DNA from: Rickettsiales bacterium
GTDB taxonomy: Bacteria > Pseudomonadota > Alphaproteobacteria > Rickettsiales > UBA3002
Reading direction: 5' to 3'
DNA length: 37,290 nt
Assembly: GCA_044239745.1 (NCBI GenBank)
Contig: JBIIAV010000003.1
Location: 1 to 37,290, forward strand
Below are positions 33,743 through 37,290 of the stretch, in pieces. The position numbers and the translations under genes are program-made. Every line of letters begins with the position of its first letter. Within the stretch, counting starts at the first letter, position 1. The notes under the pieces were generated by a model, which did not search any database, was not told the DNA's origin, and saw nothing but the letters and a program-made list of their open reading frames with translations.

Positions 33743-34713
33743 AACCGCGCCTTCAGCTTCACCAACGAATACAGCGTATTGAGGTGCGGGGTGCTTTCTT
33801 CCATCCAGCGGCCGATCTCGCGCACCGCGCCGACGATCGCCTCGATCTCGGTTAAGCGCCCCTGCTCGATATCCGTCAGCATGGATGTTTTATGGCCGCG
33901 CATTTTGGCTGCGGCCTCGACGCGGCTGCGCGTGGTCTGCGCCAGCGCGATGCCCAGTTTATCGGCGATGTGGCGCGCCTCGTTCATCACGGCCGTCACT
34001 AAATCGATATCGTGATAGCCCTCGGCGATCTGGTCGATGGTGCCATGCGTCAGGGCGCTGATGGGGTTGAAGGCAATGTTGCCCCACAGCTTGTGCCAGA
34101 TATTCGTGCGGATGTCGTCGCTGACCACGGGCGCAAAGCCGGCATCGGCCAGAACACCGGCGAGGCGCTGCACCCGCGCGCTGCTGCTGCCGTCGATCTC
34201 GCCCAGCACCAACCGGCGTTCGATCTCCGGCACGTAATGCACGTGGCCGGGGCGCGTCAGCGTGCCCGCCAGATAATTCACGCAGCCGATCAAACGTTCG
34301 GTGGCGACGTGCTTGCGTAACGCGCCGTCGGGGTCGAGGCTTTGCAGGGAGCGCCCCTCGAACTCACCGCCATGTTTCTCGAAATACCACCACGGAATAC
34401 CATTGATGATCGGCACGATGACCGTATCGGCGTGTAGCAGCGGCGCCACATGGTGCATCGCTTCCGCCAGTTGGTAGGCCTTGGTGCATAGCAATACCGC
34501 GTCCTGCGCGCCGAGGTTCGCGGCATCGTCGGTCGCGCGCACGGCGCCGTGCCAGCGCGCATTCGGGCTTTCAAGCGTCAGGCCGTCGCGGTTCAGTGCC
34601 GCCAGCTGCCTTCCACGCGCAATGAAGCTGACATCGTGTCCCGCTTGGGCGATGCGTCCGCCGATGAGGCAGCCCATCGCGCCGGCACCGATGATACAAA
34701 GTTTCATGGTCAT
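33706..34713 (-). CDS. panE: 2-dehydropantoate 2-reductase (ketopantoate reductase family)
   Basis: MTMKLCIIGAGAMGCLIGGRIAQAGHDV is the Rossmann motif. ...LCTKAYQ... and KTSMLTDIEQGRLTEIEAI(VG) are ApbA_C motifs. The ORF-track start at 34869 is trimmed to the ATG at 34713. Confidence 0.85.
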   Translation of the reverse strand: MTMKLCIIGAGAMGCLIGGRIAQAGHDVSFIARGRQLAALNRDGLTLESPNARWHGAVRATDDAANLGAQDAVLLCTKAYQLAEAMHHVAPLLHADTVIVPIINGIPWWYFEKHGGEFEGRSLQSLDPDGALRKHVATERLIGCVNYLAGTLTRPGHVHYVPEIERRLVLGEIDGSSSARVQRLAGVLADAGFAPVVSDDIRTNIWHKLWGNIAFNPISALTHGTIDQIAEGYHDIDLVTAVMNEARHIADKLGIALAQTTRSRVEAAAKMRGHKTSMLTDIEQGRLTEIEAIVGAVREIGRWMEESTPHLNTLYSLVKLKARFYTASDAASGHA

Positions 34714-34760
34714 GGCCGCAAGCTTAGCAAGCGCATGGCCGAATGCAATGCTTACCGCAC

Positions 34761-35414
34761 TCAGGAAGGATTCGGTATCGCCGTGCTGCGCAGCCCTGCA
34801 TTGCGCGCCTGCGCCAATTGATAGGCGCTCACACCGCGCGCTTGCACGAGATTGGGGCGGCGCATCCACTGCGTCAGCATCGTCGGCAGGCCGGCGGCGA
34901 ACTGCGAAAGCGTGCCACGCAACGATGTTTCAACCAAGGTCGGCTGTGTCGGCAGCAGCGTCGCTTTTAGTACGGCGGCACTGGTCGCGCTGCTCTCTGT
35001 CGTCGCGGGTGGCACCGGCGCTTTCTTCACCGACGAAAGATCGCCGCGCGCGATGCGCAGGTCGTTCAGGAAATCATTACCGTCCGTTGCATTGCTAGCG
35101 GCAGTGGAAGGTGGCGTGATGGGCGTGAAGATGGCCAACTCTTCCTCGCTGATGGCGGGCGTCTGGCCGATGAGTTGCGCCGCCAGCGCACTGGAAGGCT
35201 GGTTGGCAGTCAGGCGTTGCGGCGGCTTGGGTGCCGCCACGGCGTTCGCGTTGTAGGCCGCTATCAGCGACGTTGCGGGCACGGCATTGGGCAGTTGCTG
35301 GCGCGCAAGGGCGGCCGCATCGTTCACGCCGGCCGCAGAAATCACTGGCTGCGCCGTGCGCACGGCAGGCAGCGCACCTCCGGATTCGGGAAGTACGGTG
35401 ACGTTGATCGTCAT
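34761..35414 (-). CDS. hypothetical Ala/Pro/Thr-rich protein, no recognisable domain
   Basis: It is 217 aa with GC3-rich codon usage consistent with the host. I see no signal peptide or TM segment. It reads MTINVTVLPESGGALPAVR...DFLNDLRIARGDLSS...LTQWMRRPNLVQARGVSAYQLAQARNAG. It lies 47 nt upstream of panE on the same strand. Confidence 0.5.
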   Translation of the reverse strand: MTINVTVLPESGGALPAVRTAQPVISAAGVNDAAALARQQLPNAVPATSLIAAYNANAVAAPKPPQRLTANQPSSALAAQLIGQTPAISEEELAIFTPITPPSTAASNATDGNDFLNDLRIARGDLSSVKKAPVPPATTESSATSAAVLKATLLPTQPTLVETSLRGTLSQFAAGLPTMLTQWMRRPNLVQARGVSAYQLAQARNAGLRSTAIPNPS

Positions 35415-35595
35415 AACACCATCTAGCTCAATCGTTTTTTCTTATTGTCCCCAAGTATAGCGTAAAACGGATATATTGGCCAGACCTCATAAAATGCTTG
35501 CGGATGAACGGGTTGGTGGCAGTCGAACCGGCGGTGTGCTGGTGCAGCACAGCTTTCATTTTACTTATCGGCGCATCCGGCCTAGCACTGGATGC

Positions 35596-36192
35596 ATGAA
35601 GAAAGTGGTCACATCGTGGGTGATTTGCGTGCTGGTATTGGTCGGCCTGTTCGTGTGGCTGGGTGGCAATATGCCCTCGAAGGATAATGAGTTGGGTGCC
35701 GACACCAGCCTCATCCAAGCCGATTTTTCGCTGCTCGACCCGCACGGCAAAACCATCACCGCCAAGGATCTGCGCGGGCGCTACCTGCTGGTCTATTTCG
35801 GGTTCACCCATTGTCCGGATATCTGCCCGACCACGCTGTTGTTGATGCAAAACGCGATCGCGCAACTGGGTGAGCGTGCAAAAAAAGTGCAGCCCGTGTT
35901 CATCACCGTCGACCCCGAGCGCGATACGCCCAAAGCCGTCGGCGAATATGTCTCACGTTTCGGCAAGAACATGCTGGGACTGACCGGCAACGCCGAACAG
36001 ATCAAACATGCGGCCGATAGTTTCAAGGTCTATTACAGCAAGGTGGAGGATAAGGGTTCGGCGCTCGGCTACGTCGTCGATCACTCCGGCTTCATTTACC
36101 TGATGGCGCCCGACGGCCGCTACATCACCCACTTCACCCACGCCACCCCCGAGCAAGAACTCAAGAAGGAGTTGATGACCTATGTCCGCTAA
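35596..36192 (+). CDS. SCO1/SenC-family copper chaperone (thioredoxin fold)
   Basis: The TM anchor is VVTSWVICVLVLVGLFVWL. LLVYFGFTHCPDICPT carries the CxxxC copper site, and DHSGFIYLMAPDG the conserved His. The ORF-track start at 35476 is trimmed to the ATG at 35596. Confidence 0.9.
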   Translation: MKKVVTSWVICVLVLVGLFVWLGGNMPSKDNELGADTSLIQADFSLLDPHGKTITAKDLRGRYLLVYFGFTHCPDICPTTLLLMQNAIAQLGERAKKVQPVFITVDPERDTPKAVGEYVSRFGKNMLGLTGNAEQIKHAADSFKVYYSKVEDKGSALGYVVDHSGFIYLMAPDGRYITHFTHATPEQELKKELMTYVR

Positions 36193-36637
36193 ATCATTCC
36201 TCTGCGCCGCCATCGCCCTGTTCGCCGGCACCGCCTATGCTGCCGACCCGTTCGTCACCTTCAGCGATGTCTTTGCCCGCCCTGCCCCCGGCGAGATCGG
36301 CGTCGCCTTCTTCACCGCCACCAGCAGCACCAACGACGCCGTGACCGGCGTCAGCTCGGATTGCTGCAAGGCCGTCGAGATCCACCGTACCGAGAAGCTC
36401 AACGGCGTGATGAGCATGCGCCGCATCGGCGAACTCAGCCTCAAAAAAGGAACCCCAACATTGATCCAACCCGAATCCGGCGGCGGCGAACATATGATGC
36501 TCATCGGTCTCAAGCGGCCGCTGGTCGAAGGCGATACGATCAAGGTCAACTTCACCTTCAAGAAAGCGCCGGCGCGCGCCATCACCTTTCCGGTGAAAAG
36601 CGCCCTGTCGAGCGAGGATGCCCACGTCCATCAGTGA
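36182..36637 (+). CDS. periplasmic copper chaperone PCu(A)C (DUF461 family)
   Basis: The signal peptide is MSAKSFLCAAIALFAGTAYA. EIHRTEKLNGVMSM...GGEHMMLIGL fits the H(M)X10M...HXM copper motif. It overlaps the SCO gene by 11 nt. Confidence 0.85.
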   Translation: MSAKSFLCAAIALFAGTAYAADPFVTFSDVFARPAPGEIGVAFFTATSSTNDAVTGVSSDCCKAVEIHRTEKLNGVMSMRRIGELSLKKGTPTLIQPESGGGEHMMLIGLKRPLVEGDTIKVNFTFKKAPARAITFPVKSALSSEDAHVHQ

Positions 36638-36729
36638 TGTGCGTTTGTACTTAAAAGCTGTTTCCAGCGGCGAATCTTTGGGTTAAGCTGCATTGCAACC
36701 ACCTCTTTTTGCATCACGGTTGCTTTGCT

Positions 36730-37290
36730 ATGACGTCCAAGTCCTACCCCCCGATGACCAAACGCCGCGGACTGATGTTCGTGCTCTCGTCGCCTTCCGG
36801 CGCCGGCAAGACAACGCTTTCGCGCCGTCTGCTCGCCGAGGAGGAAGGCGTTGCTATGTCGGTCTCCGTCACCACGCGCGGTATGCGCCCCGGCGAGGTC
36901 GACGGCAAGGATTACTACTTCATCGATACCTTGAAATACGACGCGATGGTCGATGCCGGCGAGTTGCTGGAGCATGCCGTCGTCTTCGACAACAAATACG
37001 GCACCCCCAAAAAGCAAGTGATGGATTCGCTCGCCGGTGGGCGTGATGTGCTGTTCGATATCGACTGGCAAGGCACCCGCCAGCTCGCCCAGACCTGCCG
37101 CGCCGATCTGGTCAGCGTGTTCATTCTTCCGCCCACGCTCGATGAGCTGGAGCGCCGCCTGCGCAGCCGCGCCCAAGACAGCGAGGAAGTCGTCCAGAAA
37201 CGCATGGCGCGCGCGGTCGATGAGATCTCGCATTGGGAGGAATACGACTACGTCGTCGTCAACGAGGACCTCGACAAAGCCATGGCGCAT
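36730..37290 (+). CDS. gmk: guanylate kinase; the 3' end runs off the window
   Basis: Absent from the ORF track because there is no stop in the window. My translation reads MTSKSYPPMTKRRGLMFVLSSPSGAGKTTLSRRLL...SVSVTTRGMRPGEVDGKDYYF...YGTPK...DIDWQGTRQL. The start may instead be the ATG at 36764. Confidence 0.92.
   Translation, partial: MTSKSYPPMTKRRGLMFVLSSPSGAGKTTLSRRLLAEEEGVAMSVSVTTRGMRPGEVDGKDYYFIDTLKYDAMVDAGELLEHAVVFDNKYGTPKKQVMDSLAGGRDVLFDIDWQGTRQLAQTCRADLVSVFILPPTLDELERRLRSRAQDSEEVVQKRMARAVDEISHWEEYDYVVVNEDLDKAMAH

Noticed and set aside
35505-35560. A tRNA-like fragment (ggcagtcgaaccggc) and a 6-bp hairpin (gtgctg-gtg-cagcac) in the spacer upstream of the SCO gene.
   Set aside because: No cloverleaf can be drawn: there is no acceptor stem, no anticodon arm and no GTTCRANYC T-loop. 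The hairpin is short, lacks a U-tract and has no upstream gene on that strand to terminate.
36631-37290. A 219-aa minus-strand ORF at the right edge, the only track ORF covering this region.
   Set aside because: The plus strand here encodes a textbook guanylate kinase (GLMFVLSSPSGAGKTT...). The track omits it only because its stop lies outside the window. The minus-strand ORF is its antisense shadow.

Overview
This 37.3-kb window is GC-rich (about 58-65% G+C by hand count of a few lines) and densely coding. Its gene order looks alphaproteobacterial. Nearly all of it is core housekeeping in conserved blocks. The blocks are rplU-rpmA-obg-proB-(RDD)-proA-nadD-rsfS-rlmH and gpmI-envC-ctpA-yibQ-like-rppH on the + strand, and rpmH-rnpA-yidD-yidC-engB-argB on the - strand. 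Further blocks are panB, rpiB-glyA-nrdR-ribD-ribE-ribBX-ribH-nusB-thiL, bamE divergent from a Cbp3-like chaperone, panE, SCO1-PCu(A)C and gmk. Two genes run off the window edges and are absent from the ORF track: a PhoR-like kinase at 1-696 (-) and gmk at 36730-37290 (+). I found no rRNA, tRNA, CRISPR array, transposase or integrase. The best candidate for something undescribed is a four-gene minus-strand operon at 21202-25618. It encodes a PilD-type prepilin peptidase, a lipoprotein secretin, an ABC-2-like six-TM protein and a membrane-anchored helical protein. It has no pilin, ATPase or platform gene and sits between core genes. Other points worth a second look:
- a single low-GC PfkB-family kinase gene wedged between rppH and argB;
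- two AT-rich intergenic regions with nested inverted repeats, one of which carries a perfect DnaA-box consensus;
- lysine/alanine-rich low-complexity tails on L21, RsfS, CtpA and the YibQ-like protein;
- an RDD membrane protein translationally coupled inside proB-proA;
- a RibB fused to a degenerate GTP cyclohydrolase II domain.
All functional calls rest on my reading of the translated ORFs and on synteny. No database search was run.
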